DNA of 18,452 bases from Promethearchaeota archaeon (GCA_048941265.1 JBHLNT010000076.1:1-18452); one strand, 5' to 3'. Positions 8,605-17,713 are shown, counted from the stretch's first letter. The notes: generated by a model not told the origin, from the sequence alone. Numbers and translations: made by a program.

Positions 8605-8759
8605 CTTTATTTTGTTCAATAAAATAGCGATAGTCTTTTATTTCGTTCAAATTAACAAGAGATTCATATAATGAACAAACTAGTTTTAAATATAAAATAT
8701 TCATTTCGTTCAAAAAACTTTTTACTAATTAATTATAATAATCTATAGATGAACAAAAA
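8605..8759. promoter_or_regulatory. Cluster of TT(T/C)GTTCA / TGAACAAA half-sites upstream of pckG
   Basis: TTTGTTCAA 8611-8619, TTTCGTTCAA 8641-8650 and 8704-8713, ATGAACAAA 8671-8679 and 8749-8757. Confidence 0.5.
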
Positions 8760-8772
8760 TTAATGATTTAAA

Positions 8773-10677
8773 ATGGATACATTAAAAACAAAGCCTAATT
8801 TTGATACTAATAACGTGATAGACCAAGAAAACCTAGCAAAATTAGAAGCTTTAAATAATGAAAAGGTACTGCAAATTGTTAACGAATTTGTTGCCTTATG
8901 TAAACCTAGTAAGGTAACAGTAATTACAGATTCGAAGGAAGATATAAATTATGTACGGCAGAAAGCGATTGAAATCCATGAAGAGGAAAAGCTTGCAACA
9001 GAGGGTCATACAATACATTTTGATGGATTTGTTACGATGAATTATCATGATCAAGCAAGGGATAAGGCAAACACGAGAGTATTAATTCCAAAAGGAGAAT
9101 ATATGAGCCAATGGATAAATAATATTGATAGAGACGAGGGGCTTCAAGAAATTTTAGACATCATGGAAGGTTGTATGAAAGGTAATGAATGTCTAATAAG
9201 ATTCTTTTGCCTTGGTCCATTAAATTCTAAATTCTCCATTCTTGCTCTTCAACTTACGGATTCATTTTACGTGGCGCATTCCGAAGATATTTTATATAGA
9301 GCAGGATATGAAGAATTTAAAAAAATTGCTGGATCAGATGATTTTTTCTATTTCATTCACTCTGCTGGAGAATTAACTGGCAATCCCCCCGTTACAAAAA
9401 ATCTTGACAAACGTAGAATATATATAGATTTAAAGGAGGAAAGGGTTTTAAGCGTTAATAATCAATATGCCGGTAATAGTTTGGGATTAAAAAAGTTAGC
9501 ATTAAGATTAGCAATACATAGAGCAAATAATGAGGGTTGGCTGACAGAACATTATTTTATTCTCGGAGTTCATCCGAAAGACAAAAACAGAGTTTGCTAT
9601 TTCTGTGGAGCATATCCTTCGGCGTGCGGTAAAACAAGTACGGCAATGTTGCCTGATCAAACTGTAGTTGGAGATGATATTGCGTATGTACGCGCATGGG
9701 ATGATGGCTATGCACATGCAGTTAATATTGAACAAGGTCTATTTGGAATTATCAAAGATGTAAATCCAGACGACGATCCTGTAATTTATGAAGCTCTTAT
9801 AACTCCTAGAGAGACGATATTCTCTAATGTACTTATTATGGCTGGTTTTCCACACTGGATAGGCGATGGGAAACCAATACCTAAAAAGGGTGTGAATTTT
9901 TCAGGGAAATGGAAAAAAGGGAAAGTAGATGAGAATGGCAAAGAAATTCCTCACGCCCATCCTAACGCAAGATTTACGATAAGAATTAATGAGCTTTCGA
10001 ATGCCGATGTAAATTTAGACACTCCTGAGGGGGTCCCTATTGAAGGCATCTTTTATGGCGGGCGGGATAGTGATACAATGCCACCCGTACTTGAAAGCCT
10101 TAATTGGGACCATGGAGTCTTTATTGGAGCAGCTATTGAATCTGAGACTACATCTGCTACACTTGGCGCGGAAGGAGTGAGAACACCAAGCCCCATGGCT
10201 AATTTAGATTTCATAGTTGTCCCCTTAGGAAAATATTTAGAGAATCATCAAAAGTTTGGAAATAATCTTAAAGTTTGTCCTAAGGTATTTGCTACTAATT
10301 ATTTTCTAAAAAATAAAGATGGTAAATATTTAAATGGAATGTTGGACAAGCTCATTTGGGTTATGTGGGCAGAAGGGAGGGCGCATAATGAATATGAAGC
10401 TATTGAAACACCGGTAGGATTTATACCAAATTACCATGATTTAAGAGATCTTTTTAGATTATATCTAAATAAAGATTATAGTAAAAAAGATTATGAAGAA
10501 CAATTTTCAATTAGAATCACGCGTTTACTTGAAAAGTTAGATCGAGTAGAATCCATGTACAAAAAAGATAAAGGGATTCCCGAATTTTTTTGGACTTTAT
10601 TGGAACAGCAACGGGAAAAACTCAAAGAGTTAAAAGAAAAATATAATTTAGAGAATATCTCTCCTTTTAATTTTTAA
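8773..10677 (+). CDS. pckG: Phosphoenolpyruvate carboxykinase (GTP)
   Basis: YAGNSLGLKKLALR, WLTEH, YPSACGKTS (P-loop), VGDDIA, HPNARF and YGGRD motifs; 634 aa. Confidence 0.96.
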   Translation: MDTLKTKPNFDTNNVIDQENLAKLEALNNEKVLQIVNEFVALCKPSKVTVITDSKEDINYVRQKAIEIHEEEKLATEGHTIHFDGFVTMNYHDQARDKANTRVLIPKGEYMSQWINNIDRDEGLQEILDIMEGCMKGNECLIRFFCLGPLNSKFSILALQLTDSFYVAHSEDILYRAGYEEFKKIAGSDDFFYFIHSAGELTGNPPVTKNLDKRRIYIDLKEERVLSVNNQYAGNSLGLKKLALRLAIHRANNEGWLTEHYFILGVHPKDKNRVCYFCGAYPSACGKTSTAMLPDQTVVGDDIAYVRAWDDGYAHAVNIEQGLFGIIKDVNPDDDPVIYEALITPRETIFSNVLIMAGFPHWIGDGKPIPKKGVNFSGKWKKGKVDENGKEIPHAHPNARFTIRINELSNADVNLDTPEGVPIEGIFYGGRDSDTMPPVLESLNWDHGVFIGAAIESETTSATLGAEGVRTPSPMANLDFIVVPLGKYLENHQKFGNNLKVCPKVFATNYFLKNKDGKYLNGMLDKLIWVMWAEGRAHNEYEAIETPVGFIPNYHDLRDLFRLYLNKDYSKKDYEEQFSIRITRLLEKLDRVESMYKKDKGIPEFFWTLLEQQREKLKELKEKYNLENISPFNF

Positions 10678-10718
10678 ATCTTCCATTTTTTTTAATGAAT
10701 AAATTTAGTCCAAGCTTT

Positions 10719-11885
10719 TTATTTAATATATTTATGGCAATTTGGGCATCTTTTATATTGATTAGTAATCATTTTAAAACAATGGGGACATAAAATAAAT
10801 CTTATTTCTTCTTCATTTTCCGATGCTACTGAGTTATGTGAATTTTCTTCTTGAGTAATTAATTTCTGTTCTATAAATTCTTCTGAAGGGATACCCATTG
10901 GATCATGAATATGAACTATATTAGGCCCTCCCTCTGTTTCTAAGCTTTCCAAATATTCTTTAATGTCAGAAAGGTCTTTATGTGGTAAAATTTTTGCCTT
11001 TTTAACTTTCTTTGCTAGTTTTACATCTTCAATAAATTTCTTTTCCATTTTTATAAGGTAGTAGCAATTATGACACCTAAAAATATGAGGAATTCCTATT
11101 GAAGAATCTTCAGCCCATTGGGCCCAACAAATTTTATGCGCTACTATACCGCAATTAGGGCATTCTACCATTGCATTATAATCCTTTTTAAAGCAAATTG
11201 AGCATGTTTCTGGCTTTTTTAACTCCTTCGGATCATCAGCTAAATTTATATAAAACTGTTGGTTCACTACTGGAATAGTAGAAATATTTCTATTTGATAT
11301 ATCATCTTGAGAAACATTTCTTTTTAACGCTAATATCTCTAAAAGAGATGGTAAAGAATCAATATCGTTGATTCGATTGATGCTTCCATTACATAATGCA
11401 GCCAACTTCATCATTTTTGTGTCCTCTTCTTGATCTTCTACATCAATTCGGATAATATCAATGAAAAAGGGCATGCCTTTTATTTGATCAATCACAGTCT
11501 CTAAAACTGGCATATATAATTGAGCTATCTTAGGTGTGCCTGAATCGGTCAAAATTATTAAACGAAAACTTTTTTCAGAGACTTTCTTGAAAATATCTAT
11601 TATTATGGATATTCCTAAAAAGATCCCTCCCCCGACATTTCCCTCTACAATTACAGGTTCTAAAGATTTTAGCGCCATAACGATATATTCGGGATTTAAA
11701 GTGAAATTTTCTAAATAATTTGGACCATCTTCTTGAAAAAAAATGATGTTAAATCGGCTACTCGGATCTGCGTCTTTTTTCAAATTGCCAAATAACGTTA
11801 AGCCATTGTAAACTGGGGTCATACTAATAATTCCTGGAGTAAGGGCAAAAAGAATGAGCGTATCTTCTGAGCGCGTTTTTGGCAT
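10719..11885 (-). CDS. vWA-like domain + C4HC3 (RING-variant/PHD) finger + C-terminal zinc ribbon protein
   Basis: vWA-like strands and helices (DPSSRFNIIFF, GNVGGGIFLG, RLIILTDSG, FIDIIRI, LAALCNG); CSIC-x8-CPNC-x4-H-x2-C...CHNC; terminal CPHC-x10-CPNC. Confidence 0.78.
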   Translation of the reverse strand: MPKTRSEDTLILFALTPGIISMTPVYNGLTLFGNLKKDADPSSRFNIIFFQEDGPNYLENFTLNPEYIVMALKSLEPVIVEGNVGGGIFLGISIIIDIFKKVSEKSFRLIILTDSGTPKIAQLYMPVLETVIDQIKGMPFFIDIIRIDVEDQEEDTKMMKLAALCNGSINRINDIDSLPSLLEILALKRNVSQDDISNRNISTIPVVNQQFYINLADDPKELKKPETCSICFKKDYNAMVECPNCGIVAHKICWAQWAEDSSIGIPHIFRCHNCYYLIKMEKKFIEDVKLAKKVKKAKILPHKDLSDIKEYLESLETEGGPNIVHIHDPMGIPSEEFIEQKLITQEENSHNSVASENEEEIRFILCPHCFKMITNQYKRCPNCHKYIK

Positions 11886-12179
11886 AGTAAAAAGTTTTTT
11901 TACTTACTATCTTCTTATGTTTTTTATAGATTTAGTATCTTACATATTTAATTAGTTAATGCCAAAAAAATAATTTATTATTTATTTTTTAAAAAAGCTA
12001 GTAAAAGTACAAAACTGTCTATCATAAGATAGAATTTTCTCTTTCATCACTCAACCTATCTTAAATTATTTGTAATTATTTGTTAATAAAAAAATTAAAT
12101 TATAAATATATAGAAAAAAAAGTAATATATTATCAAACAAATTTTATAAAAATTAAATTTATGAGGATGATGAATTTAA

Positions 12180-12926
12180 ATGGCTAATTTTTTTGGAAAT
12201 CTATCTCTTACAGGCTTTATGGATGGTATTACTGCAACCGGTATCATAATTTCTTGTGTTATTGTTGGATTATTTTCTTTTTATAAGGCAAAGAAATTGG
12301 AAGCTAAATTACTTTCCGTGGCAGGTTTAAATATGATATTCGTAGGATGTTTGTGGTTAGGTCCAGCATCAGATTTCTTTCATATGATAATTACTGGTAA
12401 AAATATAAATCCATTATATATATACGGTTGGCTAAGTTATATATGGATATTGCCAGCAGTGGTGACGGGTTATTATATTGGTGGAGAACTTATGATGCCT
12501 AGCAAGAAGAAAATAGTAGTAGGTATATATGCTATAATAGGAATCATATTTACATTATTAATGTTTCTATCACCAATGTCAGCTGCAAATGTAGGTGGAA
12601 TACGATTCGAACCTGTTTTCCTTATTGATCAACCTACTGGAGGGGATTTAATTGACGCGACATTTAATAGGGCAAGTCTTGCTTACTGGATAATTCTATT
12701 TTTTCAATTTTCAATCATCATATTCCTGGCATTAGGCTATGCTATAAAAGCTAAACAAACAAGCGGCGATTTAAGAAAAAGATTCCTATACCTATGTGTT
12801 GGAAGTTTAATCTTTTTCACATGTGGATTGTTTGACTCGACATTTCCACCTGGCCCATATCTAGCAGTATGGAGAGGATTGATGATGACCTATTCATTGT
12901 GGTTTTATTTCGGGTTGAAGACTTAA
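12180..12926 (+). CDS. Stand-alone 7-TM membrane protein (HisKA_7TM-like sensor fold, no cytoplasmic output domain)
   Basis: Seven hydrophobic segments counted by eye, basic cytoplasmic loops (KAKK, SKKK, KAKQ...RKR) and a long loop between TM4 and TM5; GAGGATGA SD upstream. Confidence 0.75.
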   Translation: MANFFGNLSLTGFMDGITATGIIISCVIVGLFSFYKAKKLEAKLLSVAGLNMIFVGCLWLGPASDFFHMIITGKNINPLYIYGWLSYIWILPAVVTGYYIGGELMMPSKKKIVVGIYAIIGIIFTLLMFLSPMSAANVGGIRFEPVFLIDQPTGGDLIDATFNRASLAYWIILFFQFSIIIFLALGYAIKAKQTSGDLRKRFLYLCVGSLIFFTCGLFDSTFPPGPYLAVWRGLMMTYSLWFYFGLKT

Positions 12927-13006
12927 AACCTATTTTAATTATTATTTTTTTTAATTTATTTTTTAGAAATTTTTTGATTAACCCAATCAATCTATGATGT
13001 AAAAAA

Positions 13007-13690
13007 CTAAGAGCTAATCTTCTTTAATCCTTTTTTTACTCGGTAAGTCTTATTAATCCGATCTACATCAATAAAGCGCTTTATCTCAAGATTGTTTAAA
13101 AAATCTCGCATTTCTACCTTATTTTTATTTAGCTTCTCAGCTAGTCCTTTAATATCATTTTCATACTTTTGGAGAGTTTGAAGTAATTCCTTATATTTCT
13201 CATATATCTCATTAACCAGATATTTAATAGATTCGTTGATATTCAGCCCTGTTTTGGCACTTGTAGGAAAGATTATACAATCGTCCGGTAGATTGTTTTG
13301 TACTTTAATTACTTCTGGAGATCTTGCCTCCTTTAAATCTTGTTTATTTGCTAAATAAACAATTGGGATATCAGAAGTAGTAAAATTACGAATAGAGTTT
13401 AAAATAGAAATAGCATCTTCATCCTTTTCGGGATGAGCAGCATCGAATATAAATATAAAACCATCCGCTCCACTGCATACTAATTCCCTCATCACTCTAA
13501 ACCTTAAGAGTCCTGGAGTGCCAAATAAAAATACATCAAAACCATTTAATCTTAATGATGCTAAATCCATTCCAACTGTATAATATGTGTTATTCTGTCC
13601 TTTTACTTGCACATTTAAGGCATTATCATCTAAGAATTTGATGTAACTTGACTTTCCAGACTGTAAAGGCCCAACAACCGTAATTTTAAT
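13007..13690 (-). CDS. Small GTPase (MglA/Arf-like, ATP_bind_1-type) with C-terminal helical/winged-helix-like extension; probable ATT start at 13690
   Basis: G1 GPLQSGKS lies upstream of the ORF-track GTG (13612) in the same frame; G2 TVGMD, G3 GTPGL, G4 NKQD, G5 SAK. In-frame TGA at 13699-13697. Confidence 0.88.
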   Translation of the reverse strand: MKITVVGPLQSGKSSYIKFLDDNALNVQVKGQNNTYYTVGMDLASLRLNGFDVFLFGTPGLLRFRVMRELVCSGADGFIFIFDAAHPEKDEDAISILNSIRNFTTSDIPIVYLANKQDLKEARSPEVIKVQNNLPDDCIIFPTSAKTGLNINESIKYLVNEIYEKYKELLQTLQKYENDIKGLAEKLNKNKVEMRDFLNNLEIKRFIDVDRINKTYRVKKGLKKISS

Positions 13691-14060
13691 TAAACATCAC
13701 CAGTGGAGTAGGTAAACCAATTTTATTTTGATTACTTTTATTATAAATAAATTGATCTTTAAATTTATTAAAACTTCCCTTGCCTTTTAATTAATTAATT
13801 TTCTATTAATAAAATAGTAGCTATTCATACCTTTATTTAAATCTGACAAAAAAGTTAATCACAGAAAACAAAAAATCACGAAATAGTCAATTTATTAAAT
13901 TTATTAGTATTAGTATTTAGAGGATTAGATCTCATTTAGAGCTGTATTTAAAAAATCACAAAATCTATTACGGAAAACGAATTTTTTATCTAATATTTTT
14001 GATCAAAAAGTAACTTTTTAAGACTAAAACTCGCTGTTAATGACTGAAAAATGCAATTTT

Positions 14061-14077
14061 GGAAAAGGTTTAAATAT
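14061..14077 (+). promoter_or_regulatory. Candidate archaeal BRE/TATA promoter of the hdr operon
   Basis: GGAAAAGG purine run followed by TTTAAATA (14069-14076), about 140 bp before the hdrA ATG. The AT-rich background lowers specificity. Confidence 0.4.
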
Positions 14078-14213
14078 TTCTACAGCATAATACAAAAATA
14101 AATATCTAATCATTAGCAAAATTAATAATATCCTTTTTTTTTAATTATTAATTTTGGTAAATTGTTATTGAAAATTTAATATTTTAATAAAAAATTGATG
14201 AAACTGAAAAAAA

Positions 14214-17200
14214 ATGACTAAAAACAAACTCAGTTCGATAATGGTTGTAGGAGGTGGAATTTCGGGAATCGAAGCTTCGTTGACACTGGGCGAACAAGGT
14301 TATAAAGTAATACTTGTAGAACGAACATCATCTGTCGGAGGCCGGATGGCCCAGTTAGATAAAACATTTCCTACTTTGGACTGTTCAATATGCATTTTAG
14401 CTCCGAAGATGGTCGAAGTAAGCCGGCATCCTAATGTAGAATTACTGGCATATTCGGAGATTCAAGAAGTTTCAGGGAATGCTGGAGATTTTAAGGTGAA
14501 GGTTCTTAAAAAAGCTCGATATGTGGATTGGAGTGTTTGTACCGGTTGCGCTGCCTGTACTGAAAAATGTCCTATGAAGAAAATTCCTTCAGAATTTGAA
14601 GAAGGTATGGGTAATAGAACCGCTATATATATCCCGTTTCCTCAGGCCGTACCCCGAAAAGCTGTCATCGATGCGGAAAAATGTCTTTATCTTACAAAAG
14701 GTGCTTGTCAACTCTGTGAAAAAGAATGTGAAGCGGGGGCGATTAATTGGGATGATAAAGATGAAATTGTAGAATACAATGTCGCTTCAATTATCATAGC
14801 AACCGGTTTTGATCAGATAGACTCATCTATCTTGGACCGCTATCATTATGGAGAATACCCAAATGTTATCAATGCTATGCAATATGAAAGATTATTAAGC
14901 GCTTCAGGCCCTACAGGTGGAGAATTAATACGACCTTCGGATAAGAAGCATGCACATAATATCGCATTTGTTGCATGTGTAGGATCCAGAAATGAAGATA
15001 TATGTGCTTACTGTTCCAAATTCTGCTGTATGTATATGGCAAAGGAAGGGGTAATTACCAGAGAACACGCACCCGATACAAATGTAACCATCTTTTTTAA
15101 TGATATAAGGGTAATCGGAAAAAATCAAGATGAATTTATTGAAAGAGCTAAGCATGAATATGGACTAATGTATTACCACGGAATCCCAGGAGATATACGT
15201 GAAAATCCCGAAAATCATAATTTATACGTTAAACATGCGAATCTGGACACCGGAGATGTTGAAGTGAGTGAATTTGACCTTGTCGTGCTAGCAAATGCAG
15301 TGACGCCGCGTAAAGACGCCTCCAAATTAGCAAAAATATTAGGGATTGAGCAGAACGAATTTGGATTCTTTAAAACGGCAAATTCTTCAGAGGATCTAAG
15401 ATCCACTCGTGATGGAGTTTTAGTAACTGGTTGTTGCCAATCTCCTGATGATATTGCGAATTCAGTAGCGAAGGCGGGAGGAGCTGCGGTACTTGCCGCA
15501 TCTTATGCAGTACCTTTAAGTGAAGAGGAGCAAAAAGTTGAATTACCCCCTCTTAAAGCTGTTTTGCCTAGCGATGAACCTCGCATCGGAGTCTTCGTTT
15601 GCAGGTGTGGTATCAATATAGCGGGATATATGGACGTACCCTCATTGGTAGAATATGCTAAAACTCTTCCAAATGTAGTATATGCCATGGAAAACAAATA
15701 TAGTTGCTCTCAATTGACCCAGGATATTATAAAGGAGAAAATTGAAGAGCTTGATTTAAACCGGGTTGTAGTTGCAGCATGTACTCCAAGAACTCACGAA
15801 CCATTATTCCAAAAAACAATAAGAGAGGCGGGATTAAATGAGTATCTCTTTAATTTTGTGAGCATCCGTGAGTTAGATTCCTGGGTACACATGAATGATA
15901 ATCCGAGAGCCACAGATAAAGCAAAGGATCTTATCAGAATGGGTGTCGCCCGAGTGGCAGCGCAGAGATCTGAATTTAAGATTAAAGGTGATGTCATTCC
16001 CGAAGCGTTAGTCGTGGGCGGAGGGGTGGCAGGAATAAGCGCCGCAATGGAAATTGCTAATAAAGGCTTTAAGGTCCATCTAATAGAGAAGCAAGATAAA
16101 TTGGGGGGTCAATTGAATTTAATTTACAAAATCAATTTTGATAGGATTGACTCGAAAGAGTTTTTAGACGCAAAATTGAAAGAATATAATGCGTATAAAA
16201 ATATCACGACATACTTAAACTCGGAAGTTAAGGATGTGAAGGGCTCGATTGGTGATTTCAAGGTTAAAGTTAGGAGTAATGCTGAAGAAAAAGAAATTGA
16301 GTTAAATGTTGGTGTAATCATTACGGCGACCGGGGCTTATGAATATAAACCTGTAGACTGGTATCATTATGGAGAAAATCCTAATGTCATGACTCAACTT
16401 GAATTATCTGAAAAATTGAAGAATAATGACTTAAAAGATGGTGAAACTCTAGTCTTTATTCACTGTGTGGGTTCCAGACAGCCAGAAGGAGGTAATGGAG
16501 TGACATATTGCTCGTTAATATGCTGTTCTGAATCAATTCGGCATGCATTATATGTAAAAGAAACTTATCCGAACTCAAATATTTATGTTTTATATCGAGA
16601 CATACGGGTTGGTACTGATGAAGAACCTTATTATTGGAAAGCTCGTGAAAATATTAATTATATACGATTCAATGATTATCCTACTGTTGAGATCTCTAAT
16701 GGTAAATTAAAGGTAGATGTGAAAGATATTTTAACTCAAATCGATTTAACGATCAATGCCGATAAAGTAGTTCTTTCAACACCATTAATACCTCATGATA
16801 CTCAAAAATTAGGTGAAATGATAAAATGCGCTCGAGATCAGAACGGCTTTTTCTTAGAAGCACATGTTAAGTTGAGACCTGTAGACTTTGCTACCGATGG
16901 AATATATTTAGCGGGAACATGCCATAGCCCAAAGGGAATTGCTGACTCAATTTCCCAGGGACGTGGTGCAGCAGCTCATGCGTTAATCCCCCTAATTTCT
17001 GGCGAAGTGGAAAATGAACCATTAGTTTCGGTAGTAAATCCAGCTTTATGTATTGCTTGTCAAAAATGTGAAGAAGTATGTAATTTTGGAGCTATTGGTG
17101 TGAATTTTGATAAGGATGTATTAGTCTCTGAATCTAATCCGCTCTTATGTAAAGGTTGTGGTGATTGTTCTGCAGCATGTCCAGCAGGAGCAATAACCAT

Positions 17201-17711
17201 GAGGCACTTTTCAGACGATCAGATATATCCTATGATTCGTGAGGCAGTACAAGGTGATTTTGTAGACGATCGACCAAGAATTGTAGCTTTCCTATGCAAT
17301 TGGTGTAGCTATGCAGGAGCAGACACTTGTGGTGTAAGTCGCTTTCAATATCCAACTAATATTAGACCAATCAGGGTAATGTGTACAGGAAGAATACCAA
17401 AACATTTTATTTTACAAGCATTTTTAGAGGGTGCTGATGGAGTTCTTGTTGGCGGATGCCACATCGGAGATTGTCATTATTTGGAAGGCAATTACGATAT
17501 GCTCAGACGTTATAATGAGATTCATGAAATTTTAGAAAAAGTAGGTATTAATCCTGAACGATATCGATTAGAATGGGTTTCCGCAAGTGAAGGTAAAAGA
17601 TTCTCTGAAGTTGTTACTGAATTTGTTAATAAGGTGAAAGAGTTAGGTCCCCTGTCAAAAACAGGTGATAAGATTGTACCTAAAAAAGAAAAAGCTAAGG
17701 AGGGAGTATAA
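14214..17711 (+). CDS. hdrA: Heterodisulfide reductase subunit A-like flavoprotein with two FAD modules, fused to a C-terminal MvhD domain
   Basis: GGGISG and GGGVAG dinucleotide motifs; LDKTFPTLDCSICIL; ferredoxin CxxCxxCxxxC motifs; CVGSR...YCSxxCC twice; RIGVFVCRCG...ACTP; MvhD FLCNWCSYAGAD, IRVMCTGR, GCHIGDCHY, W.SASEG. Confidence 0.95.
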   Translation: MTKNKLSSIMVVGGGISGIEASLTLGEQGYKVILVERTSSVGGRMAQLDKTFPTLDCSICILAPKMVEVSRHPNVELLAYSEIQEVSGNAGDFKVKVLKKARYVDWSVCTGCAACTEKCPMKKIPSEFEEGMGNRTAIYIPFPQAVPRKAVIDAEKCLYLTKGACQLCEKECEAGAINWDDKDEIVEYNVASIIIATGFDQIDSSILDRYHYGEYPNVINAMQYERLLSASGPTGGELIRPSDKKHAHNIAFVACVGSRNEDICAYCSKFCCMYMAKEGVITREHAPDTNVTIFFNDIRVIGKNQDEFIERAKHEYGLMYYHGIPGDIRENPENHNLYVKHANLDTGDVEVSEFDLVVLANAVTPRKDASKLAKILGIEQNEFGFFKTANSSEDLRSTRDGVLVTGCCQSPDDIANSVAKAGGAAVLAASYAVPLSEEEQKVELPPLKAVLPSDEPRIGVFVCRCGINIAGYMDVPSLVEYAKTLPNVVYAMENKYSCSQLTQDIIKEKIEELDLNRVVVAACTPRTHEPLFQKTIREAGLNEYLFNFVSIRELDSWVHMNDNPRATDKAKDLIRMGVARVAAQRSEFKIKGDVIPEALVVGGGVAGISAAMEIANKGFKVHLIEKQDKLGGQLNLIYKINFDRIDSKEFLDAKLKEYNAYKNITTYLNSEVKDVKGSIGDFKVKVRSNAEEKEIELNVGVIITATGAYEYKPVDWYHYGENPNVMTQLELSEKLKNNDLKDGETLVFIHCVGSRQPEGGNGVTYCSLICCSESIRHALYVKETYPNSNIYVLYRDIRVGTDEEPYYWKARENINYIRFNDYPTVEISNGKLKVDVKDILTQIDLTINADKVVLSTPLIPHDTQKLGEMIKCARDQNGFFLEAHVKLRPVDFATDGIYLAGTCHSPKGIADSISQGRGAAAHALIPLISGEVENEPLVSVVNPALCIACQKCEEVCNFGAIGVNFDKDVLVSESNPLLCKGCGDCSAACPAGAITMRHFSDDQIYPMIREAVQGDFVDDRPRIVAFLCNWCSYAGADTCGVSRFQYPTNIRPIRVMCTGRIPKHFILQAFLEGADGVLVGGCHIGDCHYLEGNYDMLRRYNEIHEILEKVGINPERYRLEWVSASEGKRFSEVVTEFVNKVKELGPLSKTGDKIVPKKEKAKEGV

Positions 17712-17713
17712 AA

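Noticed and set aside
11885-11904. AGTAAAAA..TTTTTACT hairpin, and a 16-nt reverse-complement match to 8712-8727 (AAAAAACTTTTTACTA)
   Set aside because: Low-complexity A/T sequence in a very AT-rich background; chance is a sufficient explanation.
12180-12926. 7TM protein as a rhodopsin
   Set aside because: TM7 (YLAVWRGLMMTYSLWFYFGL) has no retinal-binding Lys or DxxxK/SxxxK motif.
13702-14213. About 510-bp intergenic region as a possible ncRNA, origin or CRISPR leader
   Set aside because: No GC-rich stems, regular repeats or ORB-like boxes visible; consistent with divergent promoters.
14214-17711. Selenocysteine recoding in HdrA/MvhD (reported for some Lokiarchaeia proteins)
   Set aside because: The ORF is fully open, with Cys codons at the relevant motifs and no in-frame TGA.
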